A stretch of 64,000 nt of DNA from an uncultured Nitrosomonadaceae bacterium (lineage in GTDB: Bacteria > Chloroflexota > Anaerolineae > Anaerolineales > UBA11858): NCBI GenBank assembly GCA_964195965.1, contig CAXMRF010000003.1, forward strand, positions 121-64,120, given 5' to 3'. Position 1 is the first letter of the stretch, and the number at the start of each line of letters is the position of its first letter. Shown in pieces: positions 1 to 8,565 of the stretch. A model generated the notes under the pieces. The model searched no databases. It was not told the DNA's origin and was given only the letters and a program-made list of their open reading frames with translations. The position numbers and the translations under genes are program-made.

Positions 1-20
1 TTGTATATCAAATAGTGATA

Positions 21-46
21 AAACGATTATATAATTATAATCGTTT
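21..46. repeat. perfect 11-bp inverted repeat / AT-rich hairpin
   Basis: Arms aaacgattata (21-31) and tataatcgttt (36-46) are exact reverse complements around a 4-nt loop. It lies in AT-rich non-coding DNA upstream of the TIR gene. No U-tract; function not inferable. Confidence 0.5.
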
Positions 47-298
47 CTACTCCTGGAGGGGGCCAGTACAGAATAGCTCTGTTTTAGATTAAGAATAAAT
101 AACATATTAACTCACAAGGGTTGGATTATATCTTCAGAGAGCCTTATCACCCAGGATTTTGATGATTATTCAAATTATTGAATTGATATGGATGCCAAAG
201 AGGCAGTGCGGGGAGATTGACCTAGAAAATCCTTGTCAATTAACCTTATTCATTTTATAGTTAGAAGGGATTTCTTCAGCAAAGGTACAACTTATTAA

Positions 299-2167
299 AT
301 GACAGAGAATATCTTTCTCAGCTACAGAAGGGATGATTCGCGAGGGTATACGAACGCGATTTATACCGTGCTGGAATATCACTTTGACAGTGATCAGATA
401 TTCATGGATGTCGACACACTTATTCCCGGATCTAATTTTGTTCAATCCCTGGAAGATGCTGTTGAAGCGTGCGACATTTTTTTGGCAATAATCGGCTTGC
501 GCTGGGAAAGTATTGAAGATAAAAAAGGCGTTCGAAGGCTTGAAAACCCCGAGGATTTTGTTCGCATTGAAGTCGCTCATGCCCTGAAACGAGGCATCCC
601 AGTTATCCCGGTGCTGGTCGATGGAGCCGAGATGCCTTCCTCTGAAAATTTACCAGATAACCTTAAAGATCTTGCTTACCGGCATGCCTTTTCGATCGGT
701 GACCATATGCGATCGGATGTGCAGCGATTGATCAAGGTATTAGAAAAAACTTTTGAGCGGCTGGAACGAGAACGGGTTGAACAAGAGCAAAAAGAATCAG
801 AGCTTTCAGCAAAACAAGAAGCTGAACAAAAGGCAAAAGCGCAGGCCGAAGCGGATCTAAAAGAAAAAGAGCAGGCTGAGACAGAGAAGAAAGCTGCAGA
901 AGAAAAAGAACAGCTGGCCCTTCAAAAAGCAGAACTGGAACGCCAGGAACAGGAAAAAATTGAAGCGGACAGAAAAGCCAGGGAGCAAGCAGGAGCAGAT
1001 CTAAAAGCTAAAGAGCAGGCGGAGGCAGACAGGAAGGTCAGGGAAAAAGCGGATCAAAAAGCCATGGCACAGGCCGAAGCGGATCGCCAGGCAGTAGAAA
1101 AAAAGGCAAAAAGGGAAGCGGATAAAAAAGCTAAAATAAAGGCCAAAGCGGATAGAAAAGCGCAGCAAGTGGAAAAAGCTGGTTCATCTGCACCATCTGC
1201 TTTGAAAAAGATACCTGTTTGGGTGTGGCCGGTCGCTGGAGTGGTATTAACTCTGATTGGTTATGGCCTATTTGGTGGGTTGTCGCCAACGTCACCGGAA
1301 GAACCAGGAGAAACTGAAGTAAGCCTAGCTGTCGCAGATTATACAAATTCACCAACAAGCGAGGCAATCTCCAGCACCCCCATTCCTGAAGCAACAATAA
1401 TACCTACGGCAGTTCTTACCGCAGTGCCCATTGTAGAACCTCCCGCTGGGGCTGAAATAAGCAATTTGAAGGATGGCGCGGTGATGGTTTATGTGCCTTC
1501 AGGTGATTTTATTATGGGCAGCGATAATGGAGAATCCAACGAAAGTCCCGCTCATTCAGTGTACCTGGATGGGTTCTGGATCTATAAAACCGAAATGACC
1601 AATGCCATGTACACATTGTGCGTTGAAGCCGGTGGCTGTATTCACAACGATTGGCAACTTGATATTACAGATTTGACCTATGCAAATCACCCGGTAGTAG
1701 GCATCAGCTGGAAGCAAGCTGATACCTATTGCCGCTGGGCGGAAAGCCAGCTACCAACTGAGGCGGAATGGGAAAAGGCTGCCCGTGGAACCGACGGCCG
1801 TATGTATCCCTGGGGCGAAGATTTTATTATAAGCTATGCAAATTATGCTGACACATATCACGATCCTGGAGGAGAAGGCACTGTCAAGGTTGGCAGTTAT
1901 CCGGAGGGAGCCAGCCCCTATGGTGTGCTGGATATGGCTGGAAATGTAACGGAATATGTGGCGGATTGGTATGCGGCAGGTTATTACGCAATATCTCAGT
2001 ACGAAAACCCTGCTGGTCCTGAAGACGGTCTTGAGCGAGTGGTTCGGGGAGGCTCTTTTAACAACTCATCGAGTAATCTTGTGGTTACCAAACGCAGCTC
2101 AATATTTCCAAGGGAAATACAAACTAATCAATTCGGTTTTCGTTGTGCGATTTCATATCTGCCCTAG
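299..2167 (+). CDS. TIR domain - coiled coil - single TM helix - FGE-sulfatase (SUMF1-like) fold protein
   Basis: 622-aa ORF. N-terminal IFLSYRRDD...FVRIEVAHALKRGIPVIPVLV fits the bacterial TIR_2 pattern, including the conserved Glu. Residues ~150-295 are a K/E/A/Q-rich coiled coil. One hydrophobic helix, IPVWVWPVAGVVLTLIGYGLFGG. C-terminal MVYVPSGDFIMGS, HPVVGISWKQADTYCRW, LPTEAEWEKAARG and RVVRGGSF are FGE-sulfatase fold motifs. Confidence 0.85.
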   Translation: MTENIFLSYRRDDSRGYTNAIYTVLEYHFDSDQIFMDVDTLIPGSNFVQSLEDAVEACDIFLAIIGLRWESIEDKKGVRRLENPEDFVRIEVAHALKRGIPVIPVLVDGAEMPSSENLPDNLKDLAYRHAFSIGDHMRSDVQRLIKVLEKTFERLERERVEQEQKESELSAKQEAEQKAKAQAEADLKEKEQAETEKKAAEEKEQLALQKAELERQEQEKIEADRKAREQAGADLKAKEQAEADRKVREKADQKAMAQAEADRQAVEKKAKREADKKAKIKAKADRKAQQVEKAGSSAPSALKKIPVWVWPVAGVVLTLIGYGLFGGLSPTSPEEPGETEVSLAVADYTNSPTSEAISSTPIPEATIIPTAVLTAVPIVEPPAGAEISNLKDGAVMVYVPSGDFIMGSDNGESNESPAHSVYLDGFWIYKTEMTNAMYTLCVEAGGCIHNDWQLDITDLTYANHPVVGISWKQADTYCRWAESQLPTEAEWEKAARGTDGRMYPWGEDFIISYANYADTYHDPGGEGTVKVGSYPEGASPYGVLDMAGNVTEYVADWYAAGYYAISQYENPAGPEDGLERVVRGGSFNNSSSNLVVTKRSSIFPREIQTNQFGFRCAISYLP

Positions 2168-2286
2168 ATTGTGTGTTTAGATAGTGTTTTTGGGATATTC
2201 ATTCTTTGCCCTAAATCGACCAATGGGCTGGACAAAAAGCCCACCTTCCCTTAAAATGTCCCTTCGTATATAAGAACTTGATTCAT

Positions 2287-2295
2287 TGTTATAAT
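2287..2295 (+). promoter_or_regulatory. extended -10 promoter element TGtTATAAT upstream of rpsT
   Basis: TG at 2287-2288 and TATAAT at 2290-2295, about 40 nt before the rpsT start. No convincing -35. The same 9-mer recurs upstream of argS and gyrA. Confidence 0.4.
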
Positions 2296-2335
2296 GAATT
2301 AAGGTAATAAGCAATACTTGATTGGAGGAATACCC

Positions 2336-2605
2336 TTGGGATTAAAATCATCACAAAAACGAGAACGGCAGAATGAAACACGCCGTCTGCGGAATCGTAA
2401 TTACAATAGCCGCGCCCGTACCCTGATCAGAAAAGCATTATTGGTTATGGAAGAAGGAAATTTAGATGCCGCCAAAGTTGCTACCACTGATGCTATTCAG
2501 TCTTTGGACAAAGCCGCTGCCAAAGGCGTCATTCACAAGAATAATGCTTCCCGCAGGAAAAGCCGGTTAATGGCTCGCTTGTCCAAAATGGAAAAAACCG
2601 CCTAA
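2336..2605 (+). CDS. rpsT: 30S ribosomal protein S20
   Basis: ORF 2318-2605. AAKGVIHKNNASRRKSRL matches the S20 C-terminal signature. The in-frame TTG at 2336 lies 6 nt after GGAGGA (2324-2329), so it is preferred over the TTG at 2318. Confidence 0.85.
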   Translation: MGLKSSQKRERQNETRRLRNRNYNSRARTLIRKALLVMEEGNLDAAKVATTDAIQSLDKAAAKGVIHKNNASRRKSRLMARLSKMEKTA

Positions 2606-2631
2606 ATATTTTTGATTGGATACTATCAAGC

Positions 2632-2668
2632 AGGGCTGTTCCAGATTATTCAGGACAGCCCTTTTTTG
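2632..2668 (+). terminator. intrinsic terminator after rpsT
   Basis: Stem agggctgt (2632-2639) / acagccct (2655-2662), followed by ttttt. Confidence 0.75.
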
Positions 2669-2864
2669 ATATATTTTGGCGAGAGCCAATTGACTATTTT
2701 TCCAGTTATTCAAGAAAGCCCAGAAGGGTTTGTGCGCTGCGCCTGTCAAAGGTGCATAAGTTTTGTCCTGCTTCAGCCGGCGCTGTGACCAGCCCTCTTA
2801 TTAAGGGCAGGGTCAAACCACTGTTTTTCCGACCGATACTTCCGCAGAGGTTCACAAATCAGCA

Positions 2865-2873
2865 TGTTATAAT
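2865..2873 (+). promoter_or_regulatory. extended -10 promoter element TGtTATAAT upstream of argS
   Basis: TG at 2865-2866 and TATAAT at 2868-2873, about 70 nt before the argS ATG. No clear -35. Confidence 0.35.
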
Positions 2874-2941
2874 CTTGGTGCAAATCTGAAAATTACTCAA
2901 CTGACACTTATTAACAAATCATCCATTTTCGGAGCAGGTTT

Positions 2942-4702
2942 ATGTTCCAGAAAGAACAAAAACATTTAGAACAAGAAATCCAAACCATCCTCCAGAAAAA
3001 TAATATTCCCATTCCTGAGGAGCTGAACTGGTCCTCGATCCCGTTTTCCGGTGAATGGGGGATTGCGACCTCATTTTTCAAAACCGCCTCCCTGGAGGCA
3101 AAAAGCGGTCAATCTATTAATGTGCCCCAGCGAGCTGGAGAGATTGCTTCCCTGGTAGCCGAACTGATGCCTGCCCAGAAATACTTTCCCCGGATTGAGG
3201 CCAAGGCCGGTTACCTTAACCTGTATTTCGACTCCCGCGCTTTTAGCGCCCGGGTAGTAAGTTCTGTCCTCTCCGGGGATGATTTTGGCAGGGGAGCGGT
3301 AAAGGGAGAAACCCTGATGGTGGAATTCTCCCAACCCAACACCCACAAAGCTTTTCATGTGGGTCATTTGCGCAGCGCAATCCTGGGAGATGCGGTTTGC
3401 CGGATCCTGGATTATGCTGGGTATGAAGTCATCCGGGCCAATTTTTACGGGGACATGGGTTTACATGTCATCAAATGGTTATGGAATTACCAAAATTTCC
3501 ACGCCGGAGAAACCCCTCCCGAAGATGCTACCCGCTGGATGGGGGATCTGTATGCAGAAGCCAACCGGCGTTTAGAAGAAAACCCTGACCTGGAAACGGA
3601 AATCCGGGCCCTGTATGGCAAATGGGATCAGCAGGATCCCGAGATTGTGGATTTATGGAAAAAAACCCGCCAATGGTCCATGGATGGTTTCCAGAACATG
3701 TATGAAGTCCTTGATATTCATTTTGATCGCAACTATGCCAATAGTGAGGTTGAATTTCAGGGCAAGGATCTTGTAGAAACGCTCATTAAACAGGGGATCG
3801 CTGAGGATTTACGGCCGGATGATGCCGTGATCGTTCGCCTGGATGATTTATTGGGCCTTAAAAAGGAAAAATACCGGGTCCTGGTGATTTTAAGGAGCGA
3901 CGGCACCGCGCTCTACGCCACAGAGGATCTGGCTCTGGCAAAATTGAAATTTGAAGAATATCCATTGGATAAATCTATTTATGTTGTTGATGTCCGCCAA
4001 TCACTGCATTTCCAGCAGGTATGGAAAACCCTGGAAATCGCCGGATATAAATGGGCTGAAAATTGCCAGCACCTGTCTTATGAACTGGTGAACTTGCCTG
4101 GCAACGTAGTCATGGCTTCACGGGAAGGGACAGTTGTATTATTAGAGGACCTTATCCGGGAAGCTAAATCCAGGGCCTATGAAGTTGTGGAAGAGAAAAA
4201 CCCCGGATTGGATCCGGCTGAAAAACAGGAGATTGCAAACGCAGTGGGTTTGGGCGCTATTAAATTCCCCATGCTTGATCGGGAAAATACCCGGGTGGTA
4301 ACCTTTGATTGGGAAACTGCCCTGGATTTTAATGGTCAGGCAGCGCCCTATATTCAATATGCGCACGTTCGGGCCAATAGCATTCTTAAGAAAGCCCCTG
4401 ACCTGCCTGTTAGCGTAGCAGATCCGGTTTATACACTTGCTGATAGTGAAGTGGCTTTGATAGAAAACCTTTCCCGTTTTCCCGGGGTTGTGCAAAATGC
4501 GGCCAGGGATCTGAAACCGCTCCACCTTACCCATTTATTATATGAAATTGCCCGGACATTTAATTCATTTTACCGGGAAGCGCCGGTATTATCGGCTGAA
4601 CCGGAAGTGCGTGATTTCCGTTTGCAGCTGGTTGAAGCATCCAGGAGAGTTCTTAAATCAGGTTTATCTTTATTGGGTATAGATGCTCCCCGGGCGATGT
4701 AA
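2942..4702 (+). CDS. argS: arginine--tRNA ligase
   Basis: 586 aa. Class I HIGH motif context FSQPNTHKAFHVGHLRSA. ArgRS-type C-terminal anticodon-binding region (APYIQYAHVR..., ...GIDAPRAM). Confidence 0.93.
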   Translation: MFQKEQKHLEQEIQTILQKNNIPIPEELNWSSIPFSGEWGIATSFFKTASLEAKSGQSINVPQRAGEIASLVAELMPAQKYFPRIEAKAGYLNLYFDSRAFSARVVSSVLSGDDFGRGAVKGETLMVEFSQPNTHKAFHVGHLRSAILGDAVCRILDYAGYEVIRANFYGDMGLHVIKWLWNYQNFHAGETPPEDATRWMGDLYAEANRRLEENPDLETEIRALYGKWDQQDPEIVDLWKKTRQWSMDGFQNMYEVLDIHFDRNYANSEVEFQGKDLVETLIKQGIAEDLRPDDAVIVRLDDLLGLKKEKYRVLVILRSDGTALYATEDLALAKLKFEEYPLDKSIYVVDVRQSLHFQQVWKTLEIAGYKWAENCQHLSYELVNLPGNVVMASREGTVVLLEDLIREAKSRAYEVVEEKNPGLDPAEKQEIANAVGLGAIKFPMLDRENTRVVTFDWETALDFNGQAAPYIQYAHVRANSILKKAPDLPVSVADPVYTLADSEVALIENLSRFPGVVQNAARDLKPLHLTHLLYEIARTFNSFYREAPVLSAEPEVRDFRLQLVEASRRVLKSGLSLLGIDAPRAM

Positions 4703-4814
4703 ACAAAAATCAGTCATTTGTCACTGGAATCCACCCCAATATTTTGTACAATAGATGAGCTGGAAATCCTTGATTCCCAGCCAATTAATGAACTTTTCTT
4801 TTAAGGAGAAATAA

Positions 4815-6128
4815 ATGGCCATTCGAACATTAATTATGGGCGCCGCCGGGCGCGATTTTCATAATTTTAACGTTTTCTTCAGAGAAAACAAAGATTATGA
4901 AGTGGTTGCTTTTACAGCCACGCAGATTCCCAATATTGAAGATCGGAAATATCCGGCAGCGCTTTCTGGTGAGAACTATCCTGAAGGCATTCCTATTTAT
5001 CCTGAATCCGAGTTAATCCCTCTGATTAATAAACATCAGGTTGAACAGGTGATCTTTGCCTACAGTGATGTTACTCATGAATATGTAATGCATAAAGCTT
5101 CTGAAGTGCTGGCAGCTGGAGCGGATTTCAGGTTAATGGGATTAAATACCACCCAGGTGAAATCCACAAAACCAGTGGTTTCTGTCTGCGCAGTCCGGAC
5201 TGGCAGTGGAAAAAGCCAAACCACTCGACGTGTGGCCGAAATCCTCAAGGGTTTTGGGAAAAAAGTAGCAGTGATCCGACACCCCATGCCGTATGGCGAT
5301 TTGGCCCAACAAGCGGTTCAGCGATTTGGTGAACTGTCAGACCTCGATAAACACGAATGCACCATTGAAGAACGGGAAGAATACGAACCCCATATTGTCC
5401 AGGATATACTTGTTTTTGCAGGTGTAGATTATGAAGCAATTCTCCGGGAAGCCGAGAAAGAAGCTGATGTCATTCTCTGGGACGGCGGTAATAATGACCT
5501 GTCCTTTTACAAATCAGATTTTCAAATCGTCGTGGCTGATCCGCTTCGTCCTGGCCATGAAACATCCTATCATCCGGGAGAGGCAAATGCCCGGACAGCG
5601 GATGTATTTGTGATTAATAAAGTTGACTCAGCCAATTCGGAAGACGTGCTCTATTTGCACGATTCTCTCCGGAAATTGGCTCCCGATGCGATTATCCTGG
5701 AAGGCGCTTCACCGCTCTTCGTTGAGGATCCCTCCCAAATTAAAGGGAAACGTGTATTGGTGGTGGAAGATGGCCCCACACTGACTCATGGTGGCATGGC
5801 TTACGGCGCTGGCTGGGTTGCTGCCAGGAGATTTGGCGCAGCAGAGATCGTTGATCCACGGCCATTTGCTGTGGGTACCATTCTGGCAACTTATCAGAAA
5901 TATCCCACCACTGGCGATGTGCTGCCTGCTATGGGTTATGGTGACGCGCAAATTAAAGAATTGGAACAAACGATTAATAACGCCGAGGTGGACCTGGTCA
6001 TTATTGGCACCCCGATTGATCTGTCCCGGTTGATGAAGATCAATAAACCCACCCAGCGGGTTCGTTATGAACTGCAAATTATCGGCCAGCCTACTCTTGA
6101 GGATTTGCTGAAAGAAAAATTCTCATAA
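4815..6128 (+). CDS. COG2403-type P-loop protein (annotated in databases as GTPase / cyclic 2,3-diphosphoglycerate synthetase-like)
   Basis: 437 aa. N-terminal LIMGAAGRDFHNFNVFF and Walker-A-like VRTGSGKSQTT, as I remember for this family. AGGAG RBS 8 nt upstream of the ATG. Confidence 0.6.
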   Translation: MAIRTLIMGAAGRDFHNFNVFFRENKDYEVVAFTATQIPNIEDRKYPAALSGENYPEGIPIYPESELIPLINKHQVEQVIFAYSDVTHEYVMHKASEVLAAGADFRLMGLNTTQVKSTKPVVSVCAVRTGSGKSQTTRRVAEILKGFGKKVAVIRHPMPYGDLAQQAVQRFGELSDLDKHECTIEEREEYEPHIVQDILVFAGVDYEAILREAEKEADVILWDGGNNDLSFYKSDFQIVVADPLRPGHETSYHPGEANARTADVFVINKVDSANSEDVLYLHDSLRKLAPDAIILEGASPLFVEDPSQIKGKRVLVVEDGPTLTHGGMAYGAGWVAARRFGAAEIVDPRPFAVGTILATYQKYPTTGDVLPAMGYGDAQIKELEQTINNAEVDLVIIGTPIDLSRLMKINKPTQRVRYELQIIGQPTLEDLLKEKFS

Positions 6129-6164
6129 GTTAAAACAAGTCAGGTAAAATAAGAACAATCCCAG

Positions 6165-6208
6165 GTACCCTGCGATGGAGTGCATAATTCTGATTTCCCG
6201 CAGGGTAC
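6165..6208. repeat. GC-rich 10-bp inverted repeat (stem-loop) between the COG2403 gene and the methyltransferase gene
   Basis: gtaccctgcg (6165-6174) / cgcagggtac (6199-6208) with a 24-nt loop and no U-tract. Possibly a U-tract-less terminator or protein-binding site. Confidence 0.4.
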
Positions 6209-6265
6209 ACTACTTAAAGAGCGCTGGTTTTATTTCCCAGCGTCACCTTAGCGAATTAATCTATC

Positions 6266-7549
6266 ATGCCGATATTAGACTGGTCATCTAAAACTGAAAA
6301 GCTTCTACCCGATGGTAACCTGATCACTGAGTCAGTGATTAACCCTGGCTCAGACGATAAGAGCTCCGTTACCATTGAGAATCGATTGATTCAGGGTGAT
6401 AACCTGCGGGTGATGAGCGCCCTGTTGGAAGATTATGAGGGCAAGATTGATCTGATTTATGTCGATCCTCCATTTTTCACCAACAAGGGATATGCTGCCC
6501 GGGTAGGACGTGGAGAAGACTCCCGCAAACCGGAAGAATGGCAGCTCGCTGAGGGTTATCACGATGAATGGGAAGACCTGGATTCTTATCTGGATATGCT
6601 TCACCCCAGATTGAGATTAATGCATCGTTTGCTGGCACCAACCGGTTCCCTTTATTTGCATCTGGATTGGCATGCCAATTCTTATGCCAGGATCTTATTG
6701 GATGAAATCTTCGGGTACGAGAATTTTCGGAATGAAATCGTCTGGACCTATCACGGACCCTCGCCCATTCGAAGTGCATTTAATCGCAAACACGATACGA
6801 TCCTGTTTTATACCAAAACAAATCAATATGTATTTAATGTGGATGAGGTTCGCATTCCTTACGCCTCAAATACTATAGAAACCTTTAAATCCTCCAAAAA
6901 AGCTGGATTTGGGAAAGTGCCCGATTTGGAAAGGGGTAAAGTCCCCGAGGATTGGTGGTATTTCCCGGTTGTTGCCAGGCTGCATAATGAACGCACCGGC
7001 TACCCAACCCAGAAACCGGAGCGATTGTTGGAGAGAATTATCCTTGCCTCAACCAATCCGGGAGACCTGGTGGTTGATTTCTTTGGCGGCGCGGGCACAA
7101 CGGGCGCTGTGGCTGCCCGTTTGAACAGGCGGTTTATTCTTTCTGATTTGCAGAGCAGGGCGATAACAACCGCCCGCTCCCGGCTGATACTTGACCGGCA
7201 GGGATCCGGGGATGATGACCCAGGCAGCAGGGGAAAAGCTTTTCCAATTCAGATGCAGCGGGAAGAACATTTAAAAACGAATCCTTATCTGAAGCTTGCT
7301 GATTTTGATGTGCAGGGAATGGAGTTAAAAGATAATCTGATTTCTTTGCCAGCTGATCTTGTGTCCCGGGTGGATTACTGGGAAGTGGATCCGGATTGGC
7401 AGGGGGATATTTATCGCAGTCAAGTCCAGGGGGTCAGACCCTGGCGGAAAGGGGATTTGCCAGCTTCATTGATCCTGCCGGAAAACCGGGGGAAGGTTTG
7501 TGTGCGGATTGTGCTGGTAAGCGGGGAACAAATCCAGGAAGTCCTTTAA
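6266..7549 (+). CDS. beta-class N6-adenine/N4-cytosine DNA methyltransferase with an unassigned ~120-aa C-terminal tail
   Basis: 427 aa. Motif IV DLIYVDPPF comes before motif I (YPTQKPERLLERIILASTNPGDLVVDFFGGAGTTG), which is the beta-class order. NRLIQGDNLRVM is a typical N-terminus. Confidence 0.85.
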   Translation: MPILDWSSKTEKLLPDGNLITESVINPGSDDKSSVTIENRLIQGDNLRVMSALLEDYEGKIDLIYVDPPFFTNKGYAARVGRGEDSRKPEEWQLAEGYHDEWEDLDSYLDMLHPRLRLMHRLLAPTGSLYLHLDWHANSYARILLDEIFGYENFRNEIVWTYHGPSPIRSAFNRKHDTILFYTKTNQYVFNVDEVRIPYASNTIETFKSSKKAGFGKVPDLERGKVPEDWWYFPVVARLHNERTGYPTQKPERLLERIILASTNPGDLVVDFFGGAGTTGAVAARLNRRFILSDLQSRAITTARSRLILDRQGSGDDDPGSRGKAFPIQMQREEHLKTNPYLKLADFDVQGMELKDNLISLPADLVSRVDYWEVDPDWQGDIYRSQVQGVRPWRKGDLPASLILPENRGKVCVRIVLVSGEQIQEVL

Positions 7550-7605
7550 AAGATCCAACCCCGCTAAATTGACGGGGCTGTGAAAATTTCCAGGAAACTT
7601 AATAT

Positions 7606-8331
7606 TTATAAATCGAGTTTATAACCTTTACCGCGGACGGTCAGGAGCAGTTTTGGTTTGTTGGGATCTTTTTCTATAATTTTCCGGAGCCAATTGATAT
7701 GAACATCCAGTGACCGGGTGTCTTCTGTATAGTCTGTTCTCCAGATTTTGCTGAAGAGCACTTCCCTTTTGATCACTTCACCTTTCTGCCGAATAAACAT
7801 CTTTAACAGCTCTGCCATCCGGGGCGTAACATGTTCTTCTTTTTTATTGCAGCGTATTACCTGGCGGTCTGAATCCAGGTGGATGGGACCTTCCTTGATG
7901 ATATTTTTGCCATCACCAGGAGAAAATGGGACTATTCGATTTTCCAGCTTACGGATGGTAAAAGGGTGAACAAGCTGTACCTTTGCCATAATTTCATTGG
8001 TGGGCAGATTATCTGAGCAATTAATCAGAATAATGGGAACTGTTGGGTGTTTGGCATGAACGGATTTGCAGATCCTGGAACCCGTGGTTCGCATGGAAGC
8101 AGCGTCTACAACCATTACATCCGGTTTGCGTTTATTTAATCTGAGGAGGGCGTCTTTACCTGTACTGACAAACGTGACTCTATACCCTTTGGCTTCCAGA
8201 TCCGGAACAAAAGTTGGTATATCAGCTCTTCTCTTTCCGGTCCAAAGTATTCTAGTTTTTCGGGTAGAATTGTCAATCATGAAGGTCCGCCTGCTGGAAG
8301 TCATCCAATTTTTAGCTGGATAGTTGTGCAA
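7606..8331 (-). CDS. OmpR/PhoB-type winged-helix response regulator with degenerate receiver domain
   Basis: C-terminal LTPRMAELLKMF...RSLDVHINWLRKII...LLTVRGKGYKL is a trans_reg_C domain. The receiver keeps the Asp in VMVVDAAS. The N-terminal acidic pair is replaced by WTGKRR, and the conserved Lys of KPF reads HPF. The true start may be an internal Met (MIDNST, ~8280). Confidence 0.8.
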   Translation of the reverse strand: MHNYPAKNWMTSSRRTFMIDNSTRKTRILWTGKRRADIPTFVPDLEAKGYRVTFVSTGKDALLRLNKRKPDVMVVDAASMRTTGSRICKSVHAKHPTVPIILINCSDNLPTNEIMAKVQLVHPFTIRKLENRIVPFSPGDGKNIIKEGPIHLDSDRQVIRCNKKEEHVTPRMAELLKMFIRQKGEVIKREVLFSKIWRTDYTEDTRSLDVHINWLRKIIEKDPNKPKLLLTVRGKGYKLDL

Positions 8332-8565
8332 TTATATCCTGAATGGTCATTTATAGCAATTACAATCTGTTAAGCTTACAAAACTATTTCTTAAGATTAG
8401 GATTTTCATTAACAATCAATAGAACAGGTAACAAATGTATTCGTTACTCTTCATTTTAATAAGTCTGGCGAAGATCGGTGTTTTAATAATATTGTGCTGA
8501 ACCTGAAAGGTTAATTTCGGGTGGTGATACAATTTTACTTATCAACCAATTAACACAGGTGTTTT

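Noticed and set aside
236-580. 114-aa minus-strand ORF overlapping the start of the TIR gene
   Set aside because: It is antisense to a well-supported CDS with clear domain motifs. It has no RBS and a low-complexity translation.
745-1200. Repetitive DNA (gcggat/cagac...aaagagcaggc motifs) in the TIR gene as a possible non-coding repeat
   Set aside because: The imperfect repeats simply encode the AEADRKA/KAKEQAEAD coiled-coil heptads. The frame is continuous with the flanking domains.
2669-2941. Possible T-box or other riboswitch leader in the 270-bp region upstream of argS
   Set aside because: I found no T-box consensus (GGTGGTACCGCG-like), no specifier/antiterminator arrangement and no terminator before the ATG. 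Only an extended -10 element is visible. The 60-aa antisense ORF (2567-2749) has no support.
6266-8331. Methyltransferase region as a restriction-modification or defence island
   Set aside because: No endonuclease, helicase, specificity subunit, integrase or flanking repeats are visible, and the neighbours are housekeeping or regulatory genes. It is kept only as an orphan methyltransferase observation.
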